NCBI GenBank assembly: GCA_964590995.1
Contig: CAZPYY010000001.1
Location: forward strand, 762 to 64,761
Length of the DNA stretch: 64,000 nucleotides
Direction: 5' to 3'
From: an uncultured Planctomycetia bacterium
GTDB taxonomy: Bacteria > Omnitrophota > Gorgyraeia > Duberdicusellales > 4484-171
Below: more notes on the stretch, generated by a model, which worked only from the letters and a program-made list of their open reading frames with translations, had not been told where the DNA came from and did not search any database. The DNA itself is not shown here. Positions within the stretch are counted from its first letter, which is position 1.

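Larger units (their letters stand above)
53011..63551 (-). repeat. Dispersed linker repeat TCCAGCAGCCC (S-S-S-P), 5 exact copies plus 1 variant
   Basis: Plus-strand GGGCTGCTGGA at 53011, 54970, 56578, 60118 and 63541; GGGCTGCTGGC at 54340. Confidence 0.88.

Noticed and set aside
1228-62849. Numerous 60-140 aa plus-strand ORFs and short alternate-frame minus-strand ORFs in the ORF track
   Set aside because: They overlap well-supported minus-strand genes and have no recognisable motifs; they are shadow ORFs.
63987-63989. TTG at 63989 as the true start of the giant gene
   Set aside because: The frame stays open to the window edge (GTA GTT GAG upstream), so this start is probably an edge artefact.
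26433-64000. Giant ORF as an artefact of stop-codon reassignment
   Set aside because: The frame has no in-frame stop of any type, and neighbouring genes end in TAA, TAG and TGA, consistent with the standard bacterial code.
26433-64000. NRPS/PKS, RTX/MARTX, Rhs or classical adhesin identity; inteins at the linkers
   Set aside because: No condensation, adenylation or ketosynthase motifs, no GGxGxD or YD repeats, no Ig/cadherin arrays, and no His-Asn intein termini were seen in the visible part.
1-64000. tRNA, rRNA, integrase or transposase genes
   Set aside because: None recognised; intergenic gaps are short and no recombinase motifs were seen, so any enzyme acting on the repeats must lie outside this window.

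Overview
All long ORFs lie on the minus strand. Bases 1-25 kb are housekeeping genes of a diderm bacterium with Firmicutes-like gene order. In transcription order they are: oppBCDF-like ABC transporter, lysS, lolE/lolD-like, ilvE, mcsA-mcsB-clpC, a hypothetical gene, mlaEFD, radA, yacL, ispD, ispF, cysS, tmk, holB, yaaT/ricT, metG, tatD and the 5' end of mtnA. Two PilZ genes and a small membrane gene follow at 25-26.4 kb. The remaining 37.5 kb (26433 to past 64000) is one stop-free ORF of at least 12,518 aa that is still open at the window edge. Gene content plus a giant ORF suggests Ca. Omnitrophota (inference). The giant protein is not a repetitive adhesin. It is a string of about 30-35 unrelated, mostly cytoplasmic-type modules: two glucan phosphorylases, a trypsin-like protease, two HPr-like domains, a GT4, a tandem LOG, two kinase-like domains, a sigma-like HTH, a GNAT, five SAM methyltransferase-like domains, a radical SAM, a CheD-like deamidase, an LMW phosphatase, a NusG-NGN, two UPF0489-like domains, and a HEAT-repeat plus alpha/beta hydrolase unit. 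The modules are separated by a recurring S-S-S-P-[V/I] linker that is conserved at the DNA level in two spatial zones (TCCAGCAGCCC in the 5' part, TCCAGCTCGCC in the 3' part). The last module has an internal lipoprotein signal and, with the downstream membrane gene, is bracketed by identical 30-bp palindromic direct repeats. The candidate new system is a modular 'cassette polyprotein' that may grow by gene capture and may be processed at SSSP linkers. All domain calls come from motif recognition by eye, not from database searches.
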